Below are positions 49,097-62,314 of a stretch of 64,000 bases of DNA, piece after piece. The notes under the pieces are model-generated. The model ran no database searches. It had not been told where the DNA came from and was given only the letters and a program-made list of their open reading frames with translations. Made by a program: the position numbers and the translations under genes. The DNA comes from Asterias rubens (Eukaryota). The first letter of the stretch is position 1. Every line of letters begins with the position of its first letter. The stretch is taken from NCBI RefSeq assembly GCF_902459465.1, contig NC_047066.1:18414001-18478000 (forward strand). Direction: 5' to 3'.

Positions 49097-50272
49097 TTTC
49101 AAAATGTTTTTACAGTAAACCAAATAATGTTAAGGGTGTTATCGCAAAAAAACTAAATATTGCAGGTTGATCAAATACTATGAAACAAACAAACAACAAA
49201 CAAATAAACACCCCGGGGAAAAATGGAATCAAATTGATAAAGTTCCGTTTAAAGCCACTCTATAACTCTCGAAAGCTCAATAACACCAAAGGTTAACCCA
49301 AAATGGGACAGAATTTATTTGAAAAGCTGTCAGATTCTCTTAATTTCAACGAAGGATTAATGATTACGATGAATAAATTGAACATGCATGATTATAATAA
49401 TTAATTCAAATTAATCAGTACAGACGTCCGGTCATGTTAAGTAAGGTTGTCCAGTGAAAAAAAACAATGCTGTACAACGGATGTTGAAATAATATTCAGT
49501 GTTGCCCCATGGACCGAATCAATACTTTAACACTATCCTTCAGCAGTGGTCGTATTATCATTATGGATATTTTTAAACGGCCTTATACGAATCGTTGGAG
49601 TAAAATAATTCAACAAGCCAACACTGTACCGACGATGCATTGAATTCTATCCAATTCAATTCAATCCAATTCAGTTCAATTCAGTTTACTCTAAACTTCA
49701 CTTAAAAAAACAAAAAACAATTAACCATTGTTTTCAAGTGTGCATCTTACGATTAAAAACAAAGATAAATTTATAAGATAGAAAGGGAGACACAGTGATA
49801 GAGAAATACAACCATCCTAAAAGTACTAGGGAGCATTGCAATTTATAAATTATTGTTGTTTTAGTAAACCTTTGTGTGTACATTTTTTTAAAATACTAAT
49901 TTCAATAATTATACTCACTGATTGGAGATGACGTTGTGAATATGAACTGCAGTTAAAAAAATACCAGTGATAGACTACATTAATCATTGCTTACTATAGT
50001 TATAATGGCCGCCAGTGGAACAATATGAAATTCACGGCATACCGTCATGATTCTAGTGCCTTGCACCCCACACACAGTCGCTCATGGCTTCCAGCCGCTC
50101 GTCCTTGTCACAGACATTAACCCAAATTGAAGTTATTTGTACTGATGGGTGACTTGTAATTTCATTCATCACCTCCTTTCAATTTCTCGACAAGCATGTT
50201 TGGCATTAAAGGCAAATTAGCTGTGTTTTTCAATATTTTGGACTCTCTTGGTCCACCAATAAAGCAACTGTT

Positions 50273-50660
50273 TTAAAGGCAGTGGACACTATTGGTAATT
50301 ACTCAAAATAATTATTAGCATAAAACCTTTCTTGGTGACGAGTAATGGGGAGAGGTTGATGGTACAAAACATTGTGAGAAACGGCTCCCTCTGAAGTGCC
50401 ATATAGTTTTCGAGAAAGAAGTAATTTTCCACGAATTTGATTTCGAGACCTCAAATTTAGAACTTGAGGTCTCGAAATCAACCATCTAAACAAATACAAC
50501 TTCGTGTTGCAAGGCTTGTTTTTTCTTTCACGATTATCTCGCAACTTCGATGACCGATTGAGCTCAAATTTTCAGGTTTGTTATTTTATGCATATGTTGA
50601 GATACACCAACTGTGAAGGCTAGTCTTTTGACAATTACCAATAGTGTCCACTGCCTTTAA
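50273..50660. mobile_element. Kolobok/T2-like MITE
   Basis: Perfect ttaaaggcagtggacactattggtaatt TIRs. Confidence 0.85.
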
Positions 50661-51339
50661 AGGCAAATTAGCTGTGTTTTTCAACATTTTGGACTCTCTT
50701 GGTACACCCATAAAGCAAAAAACCTGAGAGGGCCGCTGTCAACACACTCATTATTTGTTTCAAAGTTCCATTGTCTTAGCCACATCTTCCACTTTGCCAT
50801 GATATCCTATCATGGACCATGCCACACGTCAAAGAGGGGTGTCAATCAACATGAGTCAGTGATGTTGTTATATAATAGCAGAGGGGCATAACCAAATTAT
50901 GCCGTTAGTCACTAATTGTGTATACAAAATTGGTGCGTTGACTGTTTTTAATGGTTAATGAAACCAAGTTCAACACTTATTTCATTAAGAATTAAAACAA
51001 ATCAGTTGAAATTATTTCATAATAATCTTGATGACAACAAGTCTGTGAAAACATGGCGAAACAGACCATGTTGCCCTTTAGGAAAAAGCTTGTCAGCAGT
51101 GCTGAAAATCTGCCACGGTGATGTTGCACCACCAATGGGTTGTGTCCCTCGCTGGCTGCGTTTTAAAGTGTGCATCTATGGGGATTTTAGTTGGGCTTTG
51201 ATTGGAAATTAGTCACGGGCACTGGCTGAAATTTGTAACGGGTGTAATTTTGATCTGACCAAACTGTTTTGTTAAAATAAAATAAAAACGTTTAAGGATA
51301 CCAGTATCGTTAGGTTTTTTTTGCCAATGTTTATGTATT

Positions 51340-51520
51340 TGAAAAATAAGAAAAAAAGAAGTAGCATTAGAAATTTTGCATGGTGGAAATAAGACATGGA
51401 AAGGTTTACGGTAACACCACGTTTATGACTATCTCTAAATGAGTTCAGGGTGGTTCTGAAAAGAACCGTTGGTTTCAACTGTATGTTTCGATCAGTATGC
51501 TCTGATCGTCTTCTGGAGAA
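51340..51520 (-). mobile_element. Penelope-like terminal-repeat remnant with degenerate hammerhead-like motif
   Basis: Inverted homolog of 63279-63432. Confidence 0.5.
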
Positions 51521-51536
51521 AACCGTTGAAACAACC

Positions 51537-52930
51537 GTTGTTCAAGGGAAACATCTTATGATGCCTGCAGCCGATTTCACGAAACTCTAGGATTAATCCT
51601 AACTCGAGTAAGGACGAGTAACCCTTCCTAACTTAGGATGGGTTCAATGCTTCCTACGTATTTGGATACGGAACTCAAGATTAGAACTCAAGAAGTCCTA
51701 AGATTAATCCTTAGTTAGGAAGAGTTTGGTGAAATCGACGGCTGATCTTGTTGGTTGCTGCTGGTGGTGGCATGCATGATTTCTAAATCGCAGTCTCATT
51801 ACCGTCTTGCTGTTTAGTGGATGTTTTCGTCGCTGTTGTTGGTTTTGTTTTCAAACATTGGCACACTTTGAAGTGAAAAACAAGTTATTTAAGGTCATAA
51901 AAGCCATGATTTGGGAGTTGTTCAAGGGAAACATCTCATGATGCCTGATCTTGTTGGTTGCTGCTTGTGGTGGCATGCATGATTTCTAAATCGCAGTCTC
52001 ATTACCGTCTTGCTGTTTAGTGGATGTTTTCGTTGCTGTTGTTGGTTTTGTTTTCAAACAATCGCACACTTTGAAGTGAAAAACAAGTTATTTAAGGTCA
52101 TAAAAGCCATGATTTGGGAGTTGTTCAAGGGAAACATCTCATGATGCCTGATCTTGTTGGTTGCTGCTGGTGGTGGCATGCATGATTTCTAAATCGCAGT
52201 CTCATTACCGTCTTGCTGTTTAGTGGATGTTTTCGTTGCTGTTGTTGGTTTTGTTTTCAAACATTGGCACACTTTGAAGTGAAAAACAAGTTATTTAAGG
52301 TCATAAAAGCCATGATTTGGGAGTTGTTCAAGGGAAACATCTCATGATGCCTGATCTTGTTGGGTGCTGCTGGTGGTGGCATGCATGATTTCTAAATCGC
52401 AGTCTCATTACCGTCTTGCTGTTTAGTGGATGTTTTCGTTGCTGTTGTTGGTTTTGTTTTCAAACATTGGCACACTTTGAAGTGAAAAACAAGTTATTTA
52501 AGGTCATAAAAGCCATGATTTGGGAGTTGTTCAAGGGAAACATCTCATGATGCCTGATCTTGTTGGTTGCTGCTGGTGGTGGCATGCATGATTTCTAAAT
52601 CGCAGTCTCATTACCGTCTTGCTGTTTAGTGGATGTTTTCGTTGCTGTTGTTGGTTTTGTTTTCAAACATTGGCACACTTTGAAGTGAAAAACAAGTTAT
52701 TTAAGGTCATAAAAGCCATGATTTGGGAGTTGTTCAAGGGAAACATCTCATGATGCCTGATCTTGTTGGTTGCTGCTGGTGGTGGCATGCATGATTTCTA
52801 AATCGCAGTCTCATTACCGTCTTGCTGTTTAGTGGATGTTTTCGTTGCTGTTGTTGGTTTTGTTTTCAAACAATCGCACACTTTGAAGTGAAAACAAGTT
52901 GTTTAAGGTCTTAAAAGCCCTGGTTTGGGA
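51537..52930. repeat. 203-bp tandem satellite, 6 units; unit 1 carries a MITE (51571-51741)
   Basis: gttgttcaaggg recurs at 51537, 51917, 52120, 52323, 52526 and 52729. Confidence 0.92.
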
Positions 52931-53418
52931 GTAGCTGTCCCCTTCTATGATAGTCATAGGCAGAAGTTCAACCATATGGCTATCGTTCAACCCACGTGTA
53001 CATTTAAATCGTCACCTAGGATAACTAAACGCCTCGTGGTGACTAAAAACAGTATGCCACGCCCTGATTGTCCAGAAGATAAAACTGCAAACTCAGTCAA
53101 GCTCTCACTTAACGTAGTTGGGATTTACTCAGGATGGAAGACTCAGGTGGCAGTTAAATAACGGAGGAGTAAGTTAATGATAAATAAAGAAGAAAACATG
53201 GATTGAGAGACACGGGGGTCCCTTTGAAACCCCGCAAGGAAAGGTCGGCTGAATTCAAGCTCAAAGGGGGTGTGAGAGGGATGCACAGCCGAATCAAAAC
53301 CTGTGGCCGGTTCATTCTTGATTTTCACAACTCAAAAAGAGGCTCCATTTGTCTTACCGCAAACCTTCGAGTGTACCTCCCGTACCCAGTTTTGAATTTA
53401 GTCTTCTTTGAGATTAAC

Positions 53419-53663
53419 TTAAAGGCACTGGACACTTTTGGCAATTACTCAAAATAATTGTATAAGCACAAAATTGACATGGTAACGAGTACTAATGGGG
53501 AGTTGTTGATAGTATCACACATTGCGAGAAACGGTTCCCCTGAAGTAACGTAGTTTTTACCAATTTGGTCAGAATTTCCACAGGTTTGTTATGTTATGCA
53601 TGATATTGGGATAGACCAAGTGTGAGAATACTGGTCTTTGACAATTATTACCAAACGTGTCCA
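53419..53663. mobile_element. Kolobok/T2-like MITE, internally deleted
   Basis: Family ends and body. Confidence 0.6.
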
Positions 53664-54651
53664 TAAAAAAGTCATATGTTTTTGTTATGTGCGTTGTGTA
53701 GGCAGCAAAACACGACAAACGTTCAACTCTCTATTGTGCGCTTAAAGTCACTCGAGTATCATGAAGCTTCAGGTGTCATTAGGCTGGCCCATTCATCCCA
53801 TATAAGGATGATGACACCCAAGCCCACAGAGACTGATTTCAGCCCATCGAAGCCCCGCAGATATGGTTCCGGATTAAGCTCAAAATGGGGGTGTACAACC
53901 GAATCAAAACCTCTGGCTGATTAATTCTTTATTTTCACAGGAAGTGTTGTGTTACCTCTTGAATCAACCCCCGATCCTCAGCAACCTTTCCTCCTGTCCC
54001 ATTGATCAAAACTATAAACAATCAATAACTCCTCTCATATAATTCTGCCAAATGAATTAACATTGACAATGTTGCCTGAATGAACAGCTGGGTAGTGAAT
54101 GCCGAAGACATTGAATTCGAGAGTAAAATGTTCTTGTTTTCATCCTCGGGTCTTAGGTCAGCCTTCCATTGCACGATCCATCATTGGCACGCCTGTATGG
54201 GAAATGTTAAAGGGTTGTCATTTTCGCCAGTCCTGAATACTAAACGAGATTAATATTTATTGTTCGAGTAAGATTGATTTTTTTTCTATATGAAAAGTAC
54301 ACAATTAATTCCTAACACAATCTAATGTTTTCACTCTTTTCAGTAAACACAATTGAGGCCTACAACTGGTTGTTTTTAATAGGAAAAATTGTGTTTTCGT
54401 TCATTGTTTTATTTCCCCGTCGAAAAAATACCACTTCTATGAAAGGCAGGGTATACTTGTTGCTGTCAATGACAAGTGCCTTCACTTGCTGTATCTCATA
54501 TAAAAAATAAAAGTAAAGTGTGTGCTTCCAGATGCCTTGCAGGAGGATTCATGCCTGAAGCTTCTCATAATATTAAGATTTTGTAGCGGTGAAAAATCAT
54601 CTCTTTCTCTGGAACTTGTACCGTGTATTATTTCAAAGGCTGTCTTGTCTA

Positions 54652-55031
54652 TTAAAGACACTGGACACTTGTCAAAGACCAGTCTTCTCACTCGGTGTAT
54701 ATCAACATATGCATAAAATAACAAACTTGTAAAAATTTAAGCTCAATCGGTCGTCGAAGTTGCGAGATAATAATGAAAATAAACAAAAAACTTGTCACAC
54801 AAAGTTGTGTGCTTTCATATGCTTAATTTCGAGACCTCAAATTCTAAATCTGAGGTCTCGAAATCAAATTCTTCGAAAGTTACTTCTTTCTCGAAAACTA
54901 CGTCGCTTCAGAAGGAGCTGTTTCTCATAAAATGTTTTATACTATCAACCTCTCCCCATTACTCGTCACCAAGTAAGGTTTTATGCTAATAATTATTTTG
55001 AGTATTTTCCAATAGTGTCCACTGCCTTTAA
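54652..55031. mobile_element. Kolobok/T2-like MITE
   Basis: TTAA ends. Confidence 0.8.
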
Positions 55032-57715
55032 AGAAGTTTTTAAAATATCAACAGATTACCAGTGCTCTTTACAGGTTAGTTATGTCGAGTATCTGCCAAA
55101 AGTACACAATGTCTCTAGAGAGGGGCTTCAATGACAAAATGTAGTTGTGTGGTGCACTCAGTCCAACAGAGTCGAACCTGGTGGAAGTTTCCGACCTCAA
55201 ATTTTAAACGAATGTGTCTGACCAGATGTAAAGTTAAACAAAAGTGCAGATGGTTTATAACCGGTCATATAGACCAATTATTACAAATGGAATTCTTATT
55301 TCACAATTACCAAGCGGAAGTGGCAAGATTTGATTTAAAGAAAAGGGCCACATACAGCCCATGCATTGTTCAATACAAGTAAGCCATCAATGAGAGAGAA
55401 AAACATTATGCGAAATTGTGAGGTTGCCAGGAAGGACTTTGGTTACTTTAAAGCACGACAAATGCAAACAATCTGTAAAAATTTTCACACAAATTAAATA
55501 GATTGTTTACAACTATCGACCACACACTTGTTTTCGATGCAGAATGCTCTCATCTTCAAACAGAAAATATACCTCTGATTTTTTGAACATTTTGTTGTAA
55601 TCCTATTTAAATGTAGACACAGGCCTAATACAACAAAGCTGACCTGTTAATTTGATTTCTGGTCGCCTTTCTTGAGATAACGACGAAAATCCGTAGTATA
55701 GAGAACACCATCTGAGAAACGTCTGCTCAGATTTGTAAAAAAATCGGATAAAAATTTATATAATTTTCCCCAAAACCATAACTTCGAAGTGAAATAATTC
55801 TCAAAATGCTTTATACTGCTGCCCTTTTAACCAAGTAGGATTTCAATACCATTGTAAGAGGGGTTCCCTTTAATCCAAATAATTGAAGTGCCACACTTGA
55901 AAAGTTGCTTGGTAGACGACTTTCACAAGCAAAATTTGAAAGCCATGCGGTTTTCTCAAAAACCACAGCCCCCGGTGTGACGAATTCACAAGTTATTTTT
56001 TAAGTCTTTGCCGTGAAGACTTTATAGGAGTAACCTTGTAATTATAACTTCCTGAAAATGAATATCAAGTTGCTTTGTATTTGGATGGCAGATGAGACAC
56101 ACTATTTGTTTGCAGTCAGTTTCTTTTGCCTGTTTGTTATTACATCTATAATGAAGTATAGTTGTTGCTAAGAAAACTCAAAGACATGCAGTTTTTGATG
56201 TATTGTTAGTCTTTAAAAATATCCTACTACCTTCCTTGTTTTATCTACTAGTCTAGACTAACATGGCTATATTTGTTAGTATTTTGTGGTATTATAAGAC
56301 AAACTGTGAACGCTAAAAAATCAAAAATTGGGATGTAACTGTGTTGTTTGTTTTTGATGAACATCAAAAACTATCATAATTCCATGCTAATTAATCTCTG
56401 CGCATCTGCATGTTCACTGCAAAACCATTGTCTGATTCTGTGATCAAACGTCCGGACAAAGTCAATTATGTCGGAAGAAATTTTCTGTTGGAGAAAACGG
56501 AAACAAGAACTTGATTTCCCAAAACCTGGCAGATTTATGACCGATACTTCACGCAATGAGAAATTGGTAATAGAATCTACATCTGGTCTCCAAACCAATG
56601 TTTTGAAGTGTAATTGAATGCATCCATTGCACAAAATGGGCCAGCGGCAGCGCAAAATTGACAAACTTTGTGTTGTGAGTTAGTTGAAACCCTGACCCTT
56701 TCAAAGGAATGTAAAAGAGCTTGCTGATCTAATTCACAATTTATATAATGCTTAAGGATTATACTTTAAGTTATTATTCAAACTCTACCAACACTGCAAA
56801 AAACTGGTGTTAAAATTGACACCGTGGGTGTTGCCCAGTTGGTGTTGTCATATATATACCCAGGAGTATAAACATCAGTGTGTTAACATAACTCAATTTG
56901 TGTCCTGGAAGAAATGAGTGCTATTTTAAACACCACAGTGGTGTGTTATTTGGATCTTTGTCAGGTGTCTACATGTGACAACATAGTGTCAATATTTTAA
57001 CCAAGAAACATAGCGAGAGTTTGATGACAGGGTGTCTGCGTAAACCTTACTATATACTATTTTATTATATAAACCGTGTTTCATCATGCAAAGTTTCAAA
57101 TCCTACTTGATGTATAAAAGTAAGGAAATTTCATCAGCATTATTGTTGACATTTTAAAATGACTTTATGAAGTACTGCTACCTTTAACATTGACGACACG
57201 ATCCAAATGTTGTTTTTGCCAAGTCACATTTTCCCGCAACATACTTTGAGAACATTCCAACTTAAACAACCTAACCGAATCGAAGGACATAATTTAAAAT
57301 AGCTGCCGCAAGGCAAACTGCGGATTGTATTTCTGTAGAAATGTTTTGCCTTTAATAGTCTGCAATGCTTGAGAATTATTCGTACAATTATTATTGGCCC
57401 ACAGACAGACACACATGCCGCGGCTTGCACTGTCCATGCACGGCAAGTGGAAATGGTAATTAGAAAGCAGACCGTCTTCGTTATTCAGAAAAACAGCCTT
57501 CTCAATGTTTTGATTCTACCCTCGTTTCACACACGAAGCTTCAAAGCGATGAGCGGAGGTTAATTTCATTAAAGCAGACTGGCCAATAACAGTCAGAGGT
57601 GTCCCAGGCCTTCTGTAAATACTTTTGGGCGGCAACAGTTATTTCCTGGAGAACGGATTAAAGAAACTTGGCGAAAGATCGATCCTATAGCTGTTGAAAC
57701 ATCATAGTAACGGGA

Positions 57716-57849
57716 GACTTTTGGGACGCTTGGTGGCAGCAGACCTACCAGGTAAAACCCATTGTTCTCAGCAAAGTGCGCATGCTCAGAAGTACGTAAA
57801 CAATGGAAATTTATCTGTTAAGTCTGCTGCCACCTAGCGTTCCAAAGTC
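57716..57849. mobile_element. Small TIR element
   Basis: gacttttgggacgcttggtggcagcagac paired with gtctgctgccacctagcgttccaaagtc. Confidence 0.65.
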
Positions 57850-60180
57850 TTCCATTATGTCATAGCGCCCTAGCTAGGGTAAATTTTTTGGGGACGGAAG
57901 GGTGCACCATAATTTCTAGGGGGCAGTTCTGGTCAATTAAAATTGCAGTTTCCGCCTTGCTTTTTGCTAATTGACAAGCCCCTTTCAGTGCCCTTGTTTT
58001 GCCATAGTAATTTGTATAAGATAATCAGACATCGTGAGTGTAAACATAATATTAAAGTACAATCTATGTGAATAGAAAATATTTTTAAAGCCCTGAAGAA
58101 ATTATCATGGGAAATTGTTATCAAATTAATATTTTACTCTGGTCAATTTCAATCTCTATGTCAAGACTCCTATCTGGTGTTGGTACGGACCTCAATGGGT
58201 GGGGGTTGGGTTTGGTTCAAGTGCCCCTGCCACCTGCCCCACCTGAAGGTTCAAAACTAGTGGGCGAAATGTTTGCCAGAACTGCCATACAAGTAGGTGA
58301 AAACGCATTCGCTGTGCCGAGATATGCTATCAGTATCAGCGTTATGAAGATAACCCTTCATACTGCCTGCCCCGTCCCCACCAATTACCTATTAATGATG
58401 GAACACTTCTTCACCTTCAAGAAGCAATGCCTTTGATAACCTTAATTAGTTGAGGAAATTGAGTTAAGTGTGCACTTTGGCAAACCTTCATTCCATGTCA
58501 CTGTCAGTGCAGGTGATGCTTTGGTTGGTTTGTACCTCGACTGGTGCATAGTTCCTTTAATGAAAAGGGAACTGTCCCCTTGGCACCCGTGGCCCATGGA
58601 TCCTACATCAGCTCAAAACAGATCAACTCGAAAAGGGCAAATGAGCTAGAATTCTCCATTTGTATTTGTCGATGGAATTGATATCAATATTTATGTCTAC
58701 TACACTCTATAAACTCCAAAACTCCCAGGTTGGATTCCAGGACCCATGGGGTCCGGAGTCTGCGTCAAGCATGTTCTAAAACTGTGTCAACTGACGCAGT
58801 ATCCGAGTCAGAATCCAGATTCCGGATCGTCCTGACCCGCAATGGGTCAGCAGGCATGGTTCCGGGCAAATTCTGACCCAAAAGTTATTAGGTTGCAAAT
58901 TGGTCCCTAAACTCCAAATTTAAAAGCTGAATATCATGCAGAGAACATATATTGCTAAGTAACAGGGCGTCATTAATTAGTACAGTGTACATCAACCGTA
59001 CTATGCCGTATAGGCTATATATCTAGCGTCAAAAGTGACCATGACTCCGTTCAAAGTGGACCTGACCCACTTTCTAGTTGACCCAGAATCTGTGTCAAAC
59101 CGCCCGAAACTGCGCCAAACTGACGCAGAAACAAATGTATCATCTTAGAAAACAGTTTCCGGGTCAGCCTGACCCAGAAAATGGCTCGGTCCCATCCATG
59201 AGTGTGATATTGTAACAAGACTTTGCTATGCAAAATTGATGTGCTTTATTTAGGGCCACACCAATTTTCGGTCAGCGTGGCCAGTTTTCAGGCCATGCAT
59301 GACCAATAATCGAGTCAAAACACACCTTCTGACGGATTAGATTTGTGGGGTCCTGCATTGTCCCTTTTTCTTTTTAAGAACTTCCCTGTGGGGTCCATTC
59401 TTCCCAAGATATTGCCTTGTGGGGTCCACTACTCTGTTGTTTTCCAAACCCCACAAGTCACAGTGTGTAAAGGACATCAAGACAGGTTCGCTGGTCCACG
59501 TGGGTATTAAGCTTTCCATTGGTAAATTCTTACCCGGGACTATTAGAGTGCACACGCGGTTAATCAGTGGCAGCAAGGTGTCAGTGTCTAGTCTACAACT
59601 ACACGTAATCCATATTAAGCTCCTTTTTTTCAGAAACAGGCATCTTGACAACTGTTATCGAGATCCTCTCATGCTTTGGGCTTAAATGATGCATGACATC
59701 CATACCTTGCCGCGTAGTTTCGCAAACAGTTGGACACTATTTTTAGCTGTTTTCAAATGTCATGTTTAATCCATGTTGTGTTATCTTTAGTATAAGTCTC
59801 ATATTTCTGTTTACACATTAATGCTTTCCCCTCTGCGCCTCCGGCCGAAATCGTCTCAAAATATGCTCAAAGTTTCACTTGCTTGCAACACCATACACTG
59901 CAATTGCAACACTGCTTGTGTAAGGAATTAATTTGCCGCTTTTATAAAGGTCAAGTTTAACTCATGCTGTTTTATCTTCATTAGAGTCCAAATTAAGCTG
60001 ATTAGCCTTGATGTATGAAGGCGTCCATGCAACCCTCAAACAGGCGGGATGTGCATGTATGTGTCACCATTATTAAGCAACTTTGCAGGCAATCGAGTTG
60101 ATCCGGTGCGTAGATTGATATGCGATGTACGTTAAGGGGGCCTAGGAAATTGATTCTGGTGCTGCCCATAACCCTGAGTT

Positions 60181-60914
60181 TTAAAGGCAGTGGACACTAT
60201 TGGTAATTGTCAAAGACTAGCCTTCACAGCTGGTGTATCTCAACATATGCATAAAATAACAAACCTGTGAAAATTTGAGCTCAATCGGTCGTCGAAGTTG
60301 CGAGATAATAATGAAAGAAAAAACACCCTTGTCACACTAAGTTGTGTGCGTTTAGATGGTTGATTTCGAGACCTCAAGTTCTAAATCTGAGGTCTCGAAA
60401 TCAATTTCGTGTAAAATTACCTCTTTCTCGAAAACTGTGGCACTTCAGAGGGAGCCGTTTCTCACAATGTTTTATACCATCAACCTCTCCCCATTACTCG
60501 TCACCAAGAAAGGTTTAATGCTAATAATTATTTTGAGTAATTACCAATAGTGTCCACTGCCTTTAAAGGCACTGGACACTATAGGTATAATTACTCCCAC
60601 AAAAAATACAATAAAAACTTACTTTGATAACGACAATCGGAGAGTTGTTGATAGTATAACACCTTGTGAGAAACGGCTTTCTCTGAAGTAACATAGTTTT
60701 TGAGAAAGAGGTTATTTCTCACCCAAATCTGAAAGCACACAAAGTTGTGCAACAAGGGTGTTTTTATCTTCTTCTTTTCAGTATTGTCTTGGAGCTTTAA
60801 TAACCAACTGAGCCAAAATGTTCACTTGTTAGTTTATGCATATGTTGGAATAGGCCCTACACCAAGTGTGAATACTGGTCTTTGACATCTACCAAACGTG
60901 TCCATTGCCTTTAA
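60181..60914. mobile_element. Two adjacent Kolobok/T2-like MITEs sharing one TTAA (60563-60566)
   Basis: ttaa-AGG...CCT-ttaa-AGG...CCT-ttaa. Confidence 0.8.
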
Positions 60915-61108
60915 GCAAATGCAGGCAATCGAGTTGATCGGTGATGTGCGACGTATAGTGAAGGGTGCATATTATGAAACGGCGTCTGGTGCTGTCCGCA
61001 TCACTTTTCAGTCATCGCTTCTGCCAAACTTGGTTCTTGGCGATCAAACATCGAAAACATGTGTACTGCTGACAGGGGTTGTGAATCATAAAATCACATG
61101 AGAATGTT

Positions 61109-61592
61109 ATCCACTGACATTGATTTGTAAAGTCATAACCTGTTTTGATCAGACTGATGATAGTCATCTGTTGAAGACCATCACATTATGTTGATTGAAA
61201 CGTCGAAGTCGGTTACCTTGTCAATGCTGGCTAACACCAGCACAATTGAACTACTGCTATATTAAAAACTTGAGTTGAGCTTTGAAGATCATGTTTTGAT
61301 CAGACGATAGTCATTGAAAACCATCACATCATGTTGATTAAAACGTTGAGTTGTAAATGCGCTGGGCATTGTTAACACCAGCACCATGGGCTGCCGCCAT
61401 GCCATTAGGCATTGACATTATTCATTGATTTGTAAAGTCATATCGTGTTTTGATTAGACTGATGATAGTCATTTCTTGAAGACCATCACATTATGTTGAT
61501 TGAAACGTCGAGGTCAGTAACCGGCCATTGCTAACACCAGCACCGTTATTATTGGGCTACTACCATTTTTATCCACTGACATTATTCATTGA
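61109..61592 (+). repeat. About 150-bp tandem array, each unit with a hammerhead-like motif
   Basis: Three units plus the start of a fourth; TTGAAGA-c-stem-GAAA-C-GTC; a detached unit lies at 62472-62560. Confidence 0.65.
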
Positions 61593-61673
61593 ATTATGGT
61601 AACTCGGTTGTTGCTCTCGTGGTATAGAATGATCTTCCATTAAACATTTGTGCAGCCCACAGCTAAGAATACT

Positions 61674-62314
61674 TTAAAGATAGTGGACACTATTGGTAAT
61701 TACTCAAAATAATTATTGGCATAAAACCTTACTTGGTAACGAGTAATGGGGAGAGGTTGATGGTAAAAAACATTGTGAGAAACGGCTCCCTCTGAAGTGC
61801 CATAGTTTTCGAGAAAAAAAAAAGTAACTGTGAAGGCTAGTATTTGACAATTACCAATAGTGTCCACTGCCTTTAAGTCATTGGTTAAAACTCATTTGTT
61901 TTGTTCTTATTGTGGTAGTCGTTGTTTACTATAAGTTTCTACTTTTCTTGTTCAACTTTTTTAACATTACCTTTAACTGTCACTATGTACACGAGTAATG
62001 GGGAGAGGTTGATGGTATAAAACATTGTGAGAAACGGCTCCCTCTGAAGTGCCATAGTTTTCGAGAAAAAAAAGTAATTTTCCACGAATTTGATTTCGAG
62101 ACCTCAGATTTAGAACTTGAGGTCTTGAAATCAACCATCTACATGCACACACCTTCGTGTGACAATGGTGTTTTTTTCTTTCATTATTATCTCGCAAGTT
62201 CGATAACCGATTAAGCTCAAATTTTCACAGGTTTGTTATTTTGTGCTTATGTTGAGATACACCAACTGTGAAGGCTAGTCTTTGACAATTACCAATAGTG
62301 TCCACTGCCTTTAA
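61674..62314. mobile_element. Two partial Kolobok/T2-like MITEs (61674-61876, 61991-62314)
   Basis: Both end in the same TIR followed by a duplicated flank of about 90 bp. Confidence 0.7.

Noticed and set aside
51537-52930. CRISPR-like array
   Set aside because: Eukaryotic context and whole-unit tandem repeats with no unique spacers.
56374-56664. INLPGFGKS resembling an alpha/beta-hydrolase motif
   Set aside because: Single short motif, no GxSxG nucleophile exon nearby and no clear splice boundaries; may be chance.
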